Below are positions 28,624 through 37,925 of a DNA stretch of 64,000 nucleotides, one piece after another; the first letter of the stretch is position 1; every line of letters starts with the position of its first letter. Below the pieces are notes generated by a model that saw nothing but the letters and a program-made list of their open reading frames with translations, had not been told where the DNA came from and did no database searches. Both the position numbers and the translations under genes were made by a program. Origin of the DNA: an uncultured virus (IMG/VR IMGVR_UViG_3300027798_002855) (Duplodnaviria > Heunggongvirae > Uroviricota > Caudoviricetes); IMG/VR virus record IMGVR_UViG_3300027798_002855. One strand, given 5' to 3'.

Positions 28624-29369
28624 TTGATTTGGTCCCTTCTGTATTCTGGTAGATGTGCTTCGTCTAAGTATACTTTATGGGTATCACATTCTGCAACTGC
28701 CTCTAGGTCTGCCTCGCCTAGCCAGTTACACGATTCACATATCTGACCACATTCACTCTCACAATAATCTAATGTGTTGGTTGCTTCGCAATCTCTGCAC
28801 ATATTCTCATATCCAGAATCAGAAATCATTTCACCACGCAAGAACTCACACTCACCACCCCAACCTGTCTCTTCCTCATAAGATAAGGTAAAGAGCAATG
28901 TTGGATACTGACTAGATAGTTTAGCAATAGCAGGCATTGGCGGCGACCAAGCGGTATTAAAATTATAATAAACAACTAGATTCTCTCCATTAGGAGTAGG
29001 ACCTTCCATATATGTATCAGGATGTTCATTATCAGAAGATACAGCAATTTCCCATTTAGTTCCCCAGTTGCGGACATTCCATGAATACCAGTCATTGCCT
29101 TTGAACTGCATGGCTTCTTCAATTGGTAATTTATGGTCAGGCTGCCCTGAATACTCATACTCAGTAACACCGTCTTCAATATAGTTATAGATATTATAGA
29201 ATGCAAATACAGGATTTGGATAAGTAGTTAATTTCTTTTCCATTTGTCCAGTCTCCGTGTTCCATGAATCATGGACCATTTTGAATGGTTTATTAAGTTG
29301 TGCTACAAGGTCATTAACCTCTGACGGACTACCTTCTATAGTAAGTCCACTAAATACCCAATTAGGCAT
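28620..29369 (-). CDS. DUF1281/YubB ferredoxin-like-domain protein with C-terminal Cys cluster
   Basis: MPNW, WY.W...WGTKW, F.TAWSPP. Confidence 0.8.
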   Translation of the reverse strand: MPNWVFSGLTIEGSPSEVNDLVAQLNKPFKMVHDSWNTETGQMEKKLTTYPNPVFAFYNIYNYIEDGVTEYEYSGQPDHKLPIEEAMQFKGNDWYSWNVRNWGTKWEIAVSSDNEHPDTYMEGPTPNGENLVVYYNFNTAWSPPMPAIAKLSSQYPTLLFTLSYEEETGWGGECEFLRGEMISDSGYENMCRDCEATNTLDYCESECGQICESCNWLGEADLEAVAECDTHKVYLDEAHLPEYRRDQIK

Positions 29370-29447
29370 GGGGGTCCTTTCTGTTTGTCGTAATACAATT
29401 ATCCCAAAATCAGGGAATTCTGTCAATCTGTCGTAAAGTGATTTTGG

Positions 29448-29930
29448 TCACACCTTTCCCTCTACCCTCGTGGATTGGCATTCCATGCACTTAGGATCTA
29501 TAGGATCGTAGTACTCTTTATAGCCAACATCCTCCAACTCACCTGCGGCAGTATATGTGGCCTCGTTATAGGAATTCTCCATGAATGAGAACCTAGTTAC
29601 ATTATTACAATCTAAACACTTAGGCATCTGCACCCATCTCCCATGGCTCTACTTTATAGTTTGCACATATTTGCTCAATGCAATCTTCAAGTTCGGTAAA
29701 GAATAGGCCACCTTCATTGTCGTCAAAATGACTAATCATGTTGTCAGTTATCTTGAATTCCCATACTATTTTCATTGGACATGTCCTTCTGCTAACAGAC
29801 CTTCAAAGAAGTCCCATACTATTAGTAATTGTTTATAGTTTTGTTCATCCCCTTGGTTTTTGGCAGTATCAATAGCCCAAGTCAAACTATTACCAAATGC
29901 TTGTATATCTTGATATGTATAACCTAACAT
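29448..29930 (-). CDS. Three short coupled ORFs (29772-29930, 29620-29775, 29448-29633 Zn ribbon)
   Basis: Own translation; AGAAAGG RBS and promoter upstream. Confidence 0.6.
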
Positions 29931-30079
29931 AATTACCCTTTCTGTGGTAAATATATTGTAGCAAATTTTGGGGAAAAAATCAAACTATCGTAAAGAATTT
30001 TAGGTAAAAATATCATGGATCCCGGGGGGATTTTAAAAAAATTGAGCAGTTTATACTCTTACTCAGGAGTTGAATTAGA

Positions 30080-31090
30080 TTAAACTAATTCTAAAGTATT
30101 TTTTACAATACCTAGCAGACGATTTTTTTCTGCTGTAATTGTCGCATCAAAACCAGAAGCAGCAGCAAGCAGAGATTCGTTAGAATTACCACGAGCAGAC
30201 CTGTGCCAATCAAGGCGTTCAGTTAGAGCATTGAAAGCACCCCAAGCGGTATTGGCAATCATGCCATTAAACTCGCCTGTGTAAATATCATTGATTAAAT
30301 CAATTTTATTTTCCCACTTCTTTGATGAGCCTTTAGAATCTTTATCAGGCTTAGGATAAGCAGCAAGAACAATATCATTGAACTGTTGCGCTGTGATTTC
30401 TTTTTCAATCATAGCCTTAGCCATAACATCAAAAGAATCCATATAAGCATTAGCAAGACCAAGGGCCTCACGAGCAATTTGGACTTTACCATTAGCGGTC
30501 TGTGTGTGGCGAATCTTGAAAGATTGCTTGATTTTATTCTTCTTAGAACCAAGCGCAAGATTAAGAGTGTTAGCGCATACAACACGCACTGGTGTGATAC
30601 TTGCTTGAATAGCAATAGAGCCATCATGTGATGTATTGATAAGTAAATAAGTTTTTACCTTATCTGCCACACCATTAGGGTCTAATACTGTTTCACGCTC
30701 AAGAGCAAGAGAGCCAAATACAACACGCCCTCCACGAATAGAGCCAGCGGTTTCCCATCTGCCTCCACCATCTAGGATATTATCACCAAATGAGAATAAG
30801 TCCTCATTTTGTAAAACATGATAACGCTCACCAACAACACCTAAAATATCTGTCTGAGAGTTATTTGTAGGATTTGTCCTAACAACATACTGATATTCTT
30901 TATCTGATGATAAAGTATTTGGAATCTCAACATCAACTAATCTAACATTCCAATTATTTAGATTAGCAGCAGCAAGCATTTCTGCTGTGGTTTTTTCATC
31001 TGTGAATACTGTGCCTAGACCATGCCAAGCAGGCTCACGCAATGAAGCAAAAGAAGCAACGCCATTTTGCGTTTCTAACTCATGTGCCAT
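30080..31090 (-). CDS. DUF932 (phage/plasmid-like TIGR03299) protein
   Basis: MAHEL..PAWHGLG, ETAGS..GG, NTSHDGS, TPVRVVCANT. Confidence 0.9.
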   Translation of the reverse strand: MAHELETQNGVASFASLREPAWHGLGTVFTDEKTTAEMLAAANLNNWNVRLVDVEIPNTLSSDKEYQYVVRTNPTNNSQTDILGVVGERYHVLQNEDLFSFGDNILDGGGRWETAGSIRGGRVVFGSLALERETVLDPNGVADKVKTYLLINTSHDGSIAIQASITPVRVVCANTLNLALGSKKNKIKQSFKIRHTQTANGKVQIAREALGLANAYMDSFDVMAKAMIEKEITAQQFNDIVLAAYPKPDKDSKGSSKKWENKIDLINDIYTGEFNGMIANTAWGAFNALTERLDWHRSARGNSNESLLAAASGFDATITAEKNRLLGIVKNTLELV

Positions 31091-31270
31091 TTTTATTTCC
31101 TTTCTATTTGTTTAGACAATCATATCAGGTGGGTCTGACAATGTCAATTCATACTATTAAGAATCTGGGCAAAACGGACATCGTTCTTAAACTTGACAAA
31201 AGATCTTTTTGCCCCCCGGGATTTTGGAGAGCAGTTTTAAGACATGCTCAGGTCTTGGATAGCCCCACTA

Positions 31271-31735
31271 TCACACGTTATAGATATTATCTATCTCAAC
31301 ACCTACTTCTCCGTCATATGAATTTAGTTCAGCATAAACATTTAAGTCAATGTCGCTAACCTCAAAATTAGCAACTTCATCTAACGGAACTAATATTGTT
31401 CCTGTGATTGTGGCGGTAGCCTCAAACTGAATTTCCTTAGTAGGATTAAATCCAAAGATACTACAAATATCAGCAACGATTTCCTCTGAACCCATATCAA
31501 GGTAATCAGGTAGGCGACTTTCTAACAGACCTACTCCCTGAGTATATCTATTAAGTTCTCGTCTTTCTCTGCGGTGTTGATGTAATTCCCACTCAAGGTC
31601 GCTAACCTTTACTGTGGGATACCAATTTGTATAGTCTGTTTGGTGTGCCTCAGAATCAATAATCTTATAGGTCACGATTTGATTTGGGTTGTAGTGGTTT
31701 GGCACTACTATTTCATTAGTTGTTTCTGTATTCAT
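31271..31735 (-). CDS. Hypothetical protein
   Basis: ORF track. Confidence 0.7.
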   Translation of the reverse strand: MNTETTNEIVVPNHYNPNQIVTYKIIDSEAHQTDYTNWYPTVKVSDLEWELHQHRRERRELNRYTQGVGLLESRLPDYLDMGSEEIVADICSIFGFNPTKEIQFEATATITGTILVPLDEVANFEVSDIDLNVYAELNSYDGEVGVEIDNIYNV

Positions 31736-31997
31736 TTAAGAGTTCCTCTCCTACTGTATCCATTTCTTTAATGGTATCCATCATATCGTTTAACTGTTCC
31801 TCTGTCAATAGTGCGTGGGTCACTAAGGTTGTTGTCATAGCAGAGAGCATAGCGGAATAGTTATACATCTCTTTGATAAAACTTTCATCATCTACTTCAT
31901 TTCTGATACTGACAATGTGTTTCACAATTTCCATTATCATGTCATCATGAACTGCGTCTCTTGACGCTTCTTGTAATTTAATAGCGGTTGCTATCAT
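31716..31997 (-). CDS. Hypothetical helical protein
   Basis: AGAAAGG RBS before MIATA. Confidence 0.7.
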   Translation of the reverse strand: MIATAIKLQEASRDAVHDDMIMEIVKHIVSIRNEVDDESFIKEMYNYSAMLSAMTTTLVTHALLTEEQLNDMMDTIKEMDTVGEELLNEYRNN

Positions 31998-32228
31998 GGG
32001 GCGTTCCTTTCTTTTGGTTATACCCAAGTCTATCAAAAATATAGGAAAAATACAAATCGTGTCTTAAACCAGCTATGTGATCATTATCACATTTCCCGGG
32101 GGGCGCAAAAAAAATAAGCAGTTTTAGTTCATGCTTAGGAACTGTATGCCTCGCTATAGCACTGGCAGGGACATTTGGTTGTGGCTGGGGGAATTCCGAT
32201 TACACACCCGAAACCAGCCACAATTCTA

Positions 32229-32396
32229 TTAGTGTGTTTTTACCATAGCAAATCTTGTTTGATTATTTGCCAAGCGCAACATTACTTTAGTGACATTACG
32301 AGTTTGTGGGACAAACTTTTCAATGCGACCTGTAATACCTGTTTTGCTTGTTGTAAATAAATCACCAAGTTGGTATCTGTATCCTCCAAGTGTCAT
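32229..32396 (-). CDS. Small SH3-like beta protein (55 aa, not in track)
   Basis: YQLGDLFTTSKTGITGRIEKFVP; AGAAAGG RBS. Confidence 0.7.
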   Translation of the reverse strand: MTLGGYRYQLGDLFTTSKTGITGRIEKFVPQTRNVTKVMLRLANNQTRFAMVKTH

Positions 32397-32471
32397 TTAC
32401 TTTTCCTTTCTGTTAGGGGTTTTTGTTGAGCAGTTTTAGTTGTCATACTCAGGACATTTAGCGTTTGCTAA

Positions 32472-32891
32472 TTATAGATAACGAGCGATAGCATTATAGG
32501 TGCTAGTGCTAACTACTTCCTCATCTGTCATTTTGAGAATACGAATTGCGTTCTCAATTTCATCTACCATTTCCTTGTATTGCCACTCATTGTAAGTGTC
32601 AAAATCTTTCTGAGGTTCATCAGGTAGAACTATACTTCCACTAGGTAAGTTGAAATCTACATTTATAGTGCCATTGTAGCGAACATTGGCAGATAAATCT
32701 GTTGCCTTGCTTATTTGAGCAAGTGCTAACTTTCCTACTTCTTTGTTGTATTTCTCTTGCGCCTTTGAGAACTTTTCCTCATTGACTTTTTGATTAGCCT
32801 TATCCTTTTGGATTTGGGCTAGTTTTGCTTCTAGAGCCTTTATGACTTTAGTTGTAGCGATTTTTACGCTAATTGCTTTTCCTCTTGACAT
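32472..32891 (-). CDS. Hypothetical coiled-coil protein
   Basis: ORF, own promoter and AGAAAGG RBS. Confidence 0.75.
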   Translation of the reverse strand: MSRGKAISVKIATTKVIKALEAKLAQIQKDKANQKVNEEKFSKAQEKYNKEVGKLALAQISKATDLSANVRYNGTINVDFNLPSGSIVLPDEPQKDFDTYNEWQYKEMVDEIENAIRILKMTDEEVVSTSTYNAIARYL

Positions 32892-32977
32892 AATTACCTT
32901 TCTGTGTAATTTATTGGTGGGCTATTATTTTAGCATTTTTAGGTGGGATAGTCAATTTGGCTACCCCACCCATTTGA

Positions 32978-33142
32978 CTACTTAGATTTCCAAGTTGTCC
33001 AACGAGTTGCGCCATTTACATCAAGTTTAACGCGAACTGTGTCCTTGTTGGTTGGCACGATTTCCTTGATAACACCTGTCACCTTAGACTTCTGTGAGGT
33101 GTAAGTGTCGCCGACCTTGTAAGTTGCTACTGCTACTGACAT
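32978..33142 (-). CDS. Small SH3-like beta protein (54 aa), paralog of 32229-32396
   Basis: YKVGDTYTSQKSKVTGVIKEIVP; AAGGAG RBS; TTGACA promoter. Confidence 0.7.
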   Translation of the reverse strand: MSVAVATYKVGDTYTSQKSKVTGVIKEIVPTNKDTVRVKLDVNGATRWTTWKSK

Positions 33143-33386
33143 TGTTTCTCCTTTGTTAGTTGTTTTTTCATTACTGTATTATTATCGCATTTTTGGTATT
33201 TATTGTCAAGTCCTATACCCTAAAAATCTCATTATTTGAGATTTGTGAGGTAAGTCACTAATTGCCCATTCCCGAAAAAACTAGCAGTAGGCATGTGACT
33301 CCTAAGATTATTAGTAATTCCACGATTCCCCTTTCTGTCCTTGATTTTATCATTTTGCGGGGGTATTGGTCAAGTCCCCCTAGATC

Positions 33387-34106
33387 CTACTTCTTCTTAG
33401 CAGAGAAAACTATATTAGCCTTGTTATCAATACATAGAGAGCAGACTACGCAAGCAGAGCCCTCTTTAGATATTAGTGGAATAGCCTTTTTATTTTCAGG
33501 GCATTTAGCTCCAGGCTTACCTATCATCTCTTTCATATCTGCCTGACCAATTGCGAAGGTATCAGCAAGGTATGCTAATTTAACTCCAGTATCTTTATTT
33601 AATTTAATAGCAATTTTTTTATTCTCGCTATCTGTGGAATAGTATAGAGATAGATTATCAATACCCTTAAGAATATTGACCGCAGAGGCTACTCTTGTAT
33701 ATACCCAAAACTTTATATCAGAATTATTAAGGATGATATGCTTCCAGGCGAAGGCATAAGTATCATTGAAAAAGTCTCCGTCCCAATGGATACGAAATAA
33801 TTTAGGAGCATTGCGCTTATCACAATCAGCCTTAAAATCATTTATCATATCTTGCAATAGGTCTTCCATAGTATCGTGGTCAGCGTCTTTTAATAAATTC
33901 CAATTATGAATTAGGTTTTCTCTTACGCCTTTATATACTCTTTCAAGTTTTCCTGCGTAGCAAACACTTTCACAAACACTAGTGGCACCAGGGCACGAGT
34001 AAGCCTTGCCAGCAGGCAGTCCAAAAGTGTTGGCGATTGTTGCGGTTTTTCCATTGGGTGATACGGCATTAGCGACCTTTCTATCGTTAGAGCGTTTTAG
34101 TTTCAT
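33387..34106 (-). CDS. Gp88-like (radical-SAM-related) phage protein
   Basis: FGLPA..SCPGA..C...CYA, FRIHWDGDF, YTR. Confidence 0.8.
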   Translation of the reverse strand: MKLKRSNDRKVANAVSPNGKTATIANTFGLPAGKAYSCPGATSVCESVCYAGKLERVYKGVRENLIHNWNLLKDADHDTMEDLLQDMINDFKADCDKRNAPKLFRIHWDGDFFNDTYAFAWKHIILNNSDIKFWVYTRVASAVNILKGIDNLSLYYSTDSENKKIAIKLNKDTGVKLAYLADTFAIGQADMKEMIGKPGAKCPENKKAIPLISKEGSACVVCSLCIDNKANIVFSAKKK

Positions 34107-34141
34107 AGGGGTCCTTTCTTACTTCCTAGAATAACATTTTT

Positions 34142-34270
34142 TTAATCTTTTGTCAATTTTTTATGCTTGGTTTTGCGGGAATAAATTTTCTTGTTCCTTA
34201 ATGGCGTGGCAGCAGAAGACCTACGTAATTCCATTAATCTACGTAATTCTTCTCTAGGTTTTTTCCACAT
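34142..34270 (-). CDS. Small basic protein (42 aa)
   Basis: ELRRSSAA.P..NKK.YSRK.KH; leaderless. Confidence 0.55.
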   Translation of the reverse strand: MWKKPREELRRLMELRRSSAATPLRNKKIYSRKTKHKKLTKD

Positions 34271-34334
34271 AAAATAATCTTATCATAAAAATATCATAAA
34301 AGCAAATCGGACAAATCGGGCGCCCCGGGGGCTT

Positions 34335-35299
34335 TTATTCTAAAATATACAATTCAAATTTTTCATTATCAAAAATTTCAACATCTTCTTTTTCATCAAA
34401 CTCATTATCAATGACAAGAGCGAACCCATCTTTAGTTGGAGTAATTGAAATAATTTTTACAATACCAATAATGCCTAAACCAATTAGATCTCCTACTTCT
34501 AATTGGTCAGCATTAAGAATATCTACAAATCTGTAATCCATAGAAATTAGTGTATCAGACATTTATTTACCTGATACCCTTCCGTCACGATAAAAAATCT
34601 TAGTAATCATTTTACCTGATGGCTCTGAAAAATTGTAGGTTGCGTATTCATTAGCAAATCCCCAATCCTTTATTTTATCCCACTCGCCAACTGCGCTAAT
34701 TGCGTCAGAATAACGACCAACCCAATAAGGGGCTTTATCGTTATCATAGGTTGCGGTAATTGCGTATAAGTATTCCATTTTAGTATTCCCTTTCAATAAG
34801 CCACGCATTTAGGTGGTGTTGCTCAATAATAGCCCAAGCAGGGGCGGTAGTCAAACCCTTATAGGTTATTCCTTCAGGCATAGGTATTTCTAAATCCCAA
34901 AGTCCAGCGTCATTAACTGCGTCTATGGCTTCAACGCAAGGAGCAACCATAGAGCGGGGAACGGGCGGGTAATGATTAGCAGATAGGTGAATTGCTATCT
35001 GACTTTCAATTTCAAGATTATCAGCAAGGGCTAAATCGTGAGCAAAAATACTTCCCATTTTAGTTAGCCTCTCTACTAGCAAAGATACTGAGATTATAGA
35101 AATCTTTAATTAGTTCAGGCTCGCTTAGCAAACCATTATCCCAAATTACATCTCCGTCATCATCTAAGATTAGTTCATAGGGATTACACTCGCAAACCTC
35201 AAAATCAAAATCCTCGCCAATTCCCCAATACAAATTACCTTTACCCTCGCAAGCATTACAATTGCGAATTGTGTTTAACGCGTATTCTACTTTATCCAT
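34335..35299 (-). CDS. Operon of four short hypothetical ORFs (35060-35299, 34780-35058, 34563-34778, 34335-34562)
   Basis: Abutting ORFs; the first has CNAC.G.G..CEC. Confidence 0.65.
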
Positions 35300-35394
35300 T
35301 TTTCTTTCCTTCTTTCTGTTTAATACTGTAAGCCTATCAGATAGGGCTGACATTTCCAAATCTGCCACGCCCTGTCCGATATGTCCGTTTTGTC

Positions 35395-35892
35395 CTACCA
35401 AGAACTCTGATAGTAGAAAGACAATTCCTCAAACTCAGGCAGATTAATTAGCCTTCTCAATTGCTTTCTAGTATCCTCAATATCTCGCCAATACCACTCA
35501 TCAATATCTGTTCCACCAAAGAAAAATCCTTCTGTTGGCGGTAGCAAATTAGGGTCCTTATTAGTTATAGCCAAAGCACAAAGTGTTTCTAATTCTCTTA
35601 TCTTAGTATTGGATACATAGTATTCTCCACAATTATCCTCGCCACCTTGAATATTCTTTACAAACCAATTGTGTATCTGATTACACTTGCGCCAATAGCA
35701 GACATTTACTGACACATCTACACCATAGATACCTTCTCTATCTGCGAGGGTAGCCAAACCAGCACTATCTACTACATTATCCCATTGTGGATAAGTAGCC
35801 TGTGAATACTTAGTATCGCTATCACGATCAAGTAAATCCCAATTTACTTTTTTAATGTGCTTTCTAGCACTCATATACATATCTAATCCCAT
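35395..35892 (-). CDS. Widespread phage early hypothetical protein
   Basis: MGLDMY, YWRK.NQIH.WF, FYYQSSW. Confidence 0.8.
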   Translation of the reverse strand: MGLDMYMSARKHIKKVNWDLLDRDSDTKYSQATYPQWDNVVDSAGLATLADREGIYGVDVSVNVCYWRKCNQIHNWFVKNIQGGEDNCGEYYVSNTKIRELETLCALAITNKDPNLLPPTEGFFFGGTDIDEWYWRDIEDTRKQLRRLINLPEFEELSFYYQSSW

Positions 35893-35893
35893 T

Positions 35894-36058
35894 TTACTGT
35901 TCCTTCTTTCCAAAAACATTTTCCATTATATTTAAGTTTTCCTCTGTTAGAAAACTCTGTGCGCTTCCCCATAAGCCATAAATATAGTTATCACCATATT
36001 TTTCTTTAGCTAATTTTTCAATATTAGCAATTCTTTCCATTTTTTCAATAACTGTCAT
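35894..36058 (-). CDS. Hypothetical protein (54 aa)
   Basis: AGAAAGG RBS; YGLWGSA. Confidence 0.55.
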   Translation of the reverse strand: MTVIEKMERIANIEKLAKEKYGDNYIYGLWGSAQSFLTEENLNIMENVFGKKEQ

Positions 36059-36183
36059 TTTAGTTATCCTTTCTTTATTTTCAGGCTTCTAGCCTATCAT
36101 TTTCTACTGACAAAATCAAATTAGACACGCCCAAAAACTGTGAGAAAATTCACAAGCCCCGTAAAGTGCTACGTAATTCACAT

Positions 36184-36204
36184 TGTGGATAACCCTGTGG
36201 ATAA
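36184..36204 (-). promoter_or_regulatory. Tandem DnaA boxes
   Basis: TGTGGATAA twice, 3-bp spacer. Confidence 0.7.
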
Positions 36205-36416
36205 CCCCCCCGGGGCCTTGCAACTCTAACTATTTAAATTAAAGTTGCAATTTTGAAATCAAACTTTTATTTGATTCCATTTCATTTCAGCATTTTTTTT
36301 TCGCAATTCTCTGTTTTCATTTTCTAATTTTCTAAGTGTAATTAGTCCGTGAAATGTTATTCCAATTAAGCCAACGAGAGCAATTATTATTGCGATTACA
36401 TCAGTTGTTAAAAGTG

Positions 36417-36868
36417 TCATACGGGAATTAGTCCTATCTCATCAACACCGCAAGCCTTCTCAAATCTTGCGAAGTCAAATCTATCATTGTCAGACTTGAA
36501 AAATTGTGAAAACTCCTCTACCAAATCCTCAAAAACTTGCGGGTGGATTTCCTCGCTGAAACCTTTTAGAATTTCAGCGGTTTTGACATAGTCTTTTCGT
36601 GTCATCATTAGTTAGACCCCTCATCTAATAGAATAAATGCGTGAGTTCCACCATTATTTATTTTAGTTAGTGCTATTAGCAATTCATCTTTAGTTAGAAA
36701 TGAAGCGTCACCTACCAATTCGGTTAGTGCTTGAATATTTAATTCAGCAAATGCGCCAGCAGGCAGGCTCTCAATACTAGATAGAAATGGAGAGTCAGAA
36801 TAAACTCTTGAAACGAATTTTACTCCGTTAGTTGTAAATGGGAAATCTTTATAGGTTGTGTTAGTCAT
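36417..36868 (-). CDS. Two short hypothetical ORFs (36608-36868, 36417-36608)
   Basis: Coupled; MTRKDY..DN.RFD..RF..AC. Confidence 0.7.
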
Positions 36869-36996
36869 AGTTAGTTTTTACCTTTCTTGGTGTTTGTGTT
36901 ATTTACTATTTTAGCGATTTTCTCTAAGTTTGTCAATTCTTGCGCCTTGCGCTGGCTCTCAATAAGAGCCTTGAATTCGTGTAGTTTCATTGGAGA

Positions 36997-37203
36997 TTAC
37001 TCTCCAACTTTAACTGCTAGGGTAGCCCAATAATCTCGGGAAGCAAATCTGAAGCGAATTGCGTAGGCTTCATAGCCCTCAGATAGATAGACATTATCTC
37101 GCTTCTCAGCGTAGTTAATTTCTCCACCCATAAATCTCCTGCTCATAGAGCGTGGATAGTAGAACTTGCCAACTAGCAAGTCTGGAATTGAGTATGATTT
37201 CAT
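36997..37203 (-). CDS. Hypothetical protein
   Basis: AGAAAGG RBS, own promoter. Confidence 0.65.
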   Translation of the reverse strand: MKSYSIPDLLVGKFYYPRSMSRRFMGGEINYAEKRDNVYLSEGYEAYAIRFRFASRDYWATLAVKVGE

Positions 37204-37315
37204 TTTAAGTTATCCTTTCTAAGATACTTTCTAATAGTTCTATTATTTCATTTTTTAGCGTAAAAGTCAAATTAGACCCACGCTTGGTGAGTGTGAGGTT
37301 AATCACACCTTCCCC

Positions 37316-37513
37316 CTAGTTAGGGAGAATGTCTATTCCGTAGTATTCTACGGCTTCAACTATGTTAGTCATACCCTTATACTCACGACAAGATACGCAT
37401 ACCGCGTTCCAACGATCATAAGTAGTTGAGCAGAACACGCAGATTTTATCTTGAAAATTAAAGTTATTTTCAATTAAGTATTCTATTACTTGATTTTTAT
37501 CTAGTGTAGTCAT
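37316..37513 (-). CDS. Zn-finger-like protein
   Basis: CVFC..CVSCREYKG. Confidence 0.65.
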   Translation of the reverse strand: MTTLDKNQVIEYLIENNFNFQDKICVFCSTTYDRWNAVCVSCREYKGMTNIVEAVEYYGIDILPN

Positions 37514-37546
37514 TTTAAGACCTACCTTTCTTTTTAGTGTGTTAAC

Positions 37547-37615
37547 TTATTTGCTCTTATCTTATTTGCTAGGCTCACCTTTCGGATTATTTGCTAGGCT
37601 CATTTAAGAGGCTCA
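37547..37615 (-). repeat. Short direct repeats in 5' leader
   Basis: TTATTTGCT x3 and AGGCTCA x3 (16-mer TTATTTGCTAGGCTCA x2). Confidence 0.8.
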
Positions 37616-37925
37616 TTTAACACTATTTATTTTTTCTTATACTAGAATTATAACAGGGGGGTCTGACATTTTGAGAGAACAAATCAGGATAAATCGGACA
37701 TTCTGAAAAACTATTTTTGTGATAGTAGTCACAAATAAACTATGACAAATCGGACACCCCCCGGGGACCGACACGCCCGAACGCGGGGGTGGGAAAAGTG
37801 TGACCAACACCACAAAAATACTTTGCGACACGCCGTGTTTAGATTTGATTTTGTCGGTCTGCTCTGTTATACTTCCCGTATTAGATAGTTAAAATATAAC
37901 TACTAAACGAAAGGTAAAAACTAAA

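Larger units (their letters stand above)
30043..32456 (-). ncRNA. Repeated H-type pseudoknot RNA motif (30043-30070, 31229-31256, 32115-32143, 32427-32456; fifth copy 24948-24974)
   Basis: Conserved loop CURAGYAW and AAAC linker; covarying stems. Confidence 0.75.
26511..37766. repeat. Seven intergenic CnGn (CCCGGG-core) boxes
   Basis: At 26511, 30021, 31212, 32095, 34323, 36205, 37757. Confidence 0.85.

Noticed and set aside
32179..32223. Hammerhead ribozyme (CCGATTA...GAAA)
   Set aside because: Core deviates from CUGANGA and stems I and II cannot be formed.
35786..35794. DnaA box TGTGGATAA
   Set aside because: Inside a coding sequence and isolated; plausibly chance.
24948..37766. CRISPR array or tandem type III antitoxin array interpretation of the repeats
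   Set aside because: Copies are dispersed with genes between them, not regularly spaced; no cas or ToxN-like gene recognised.
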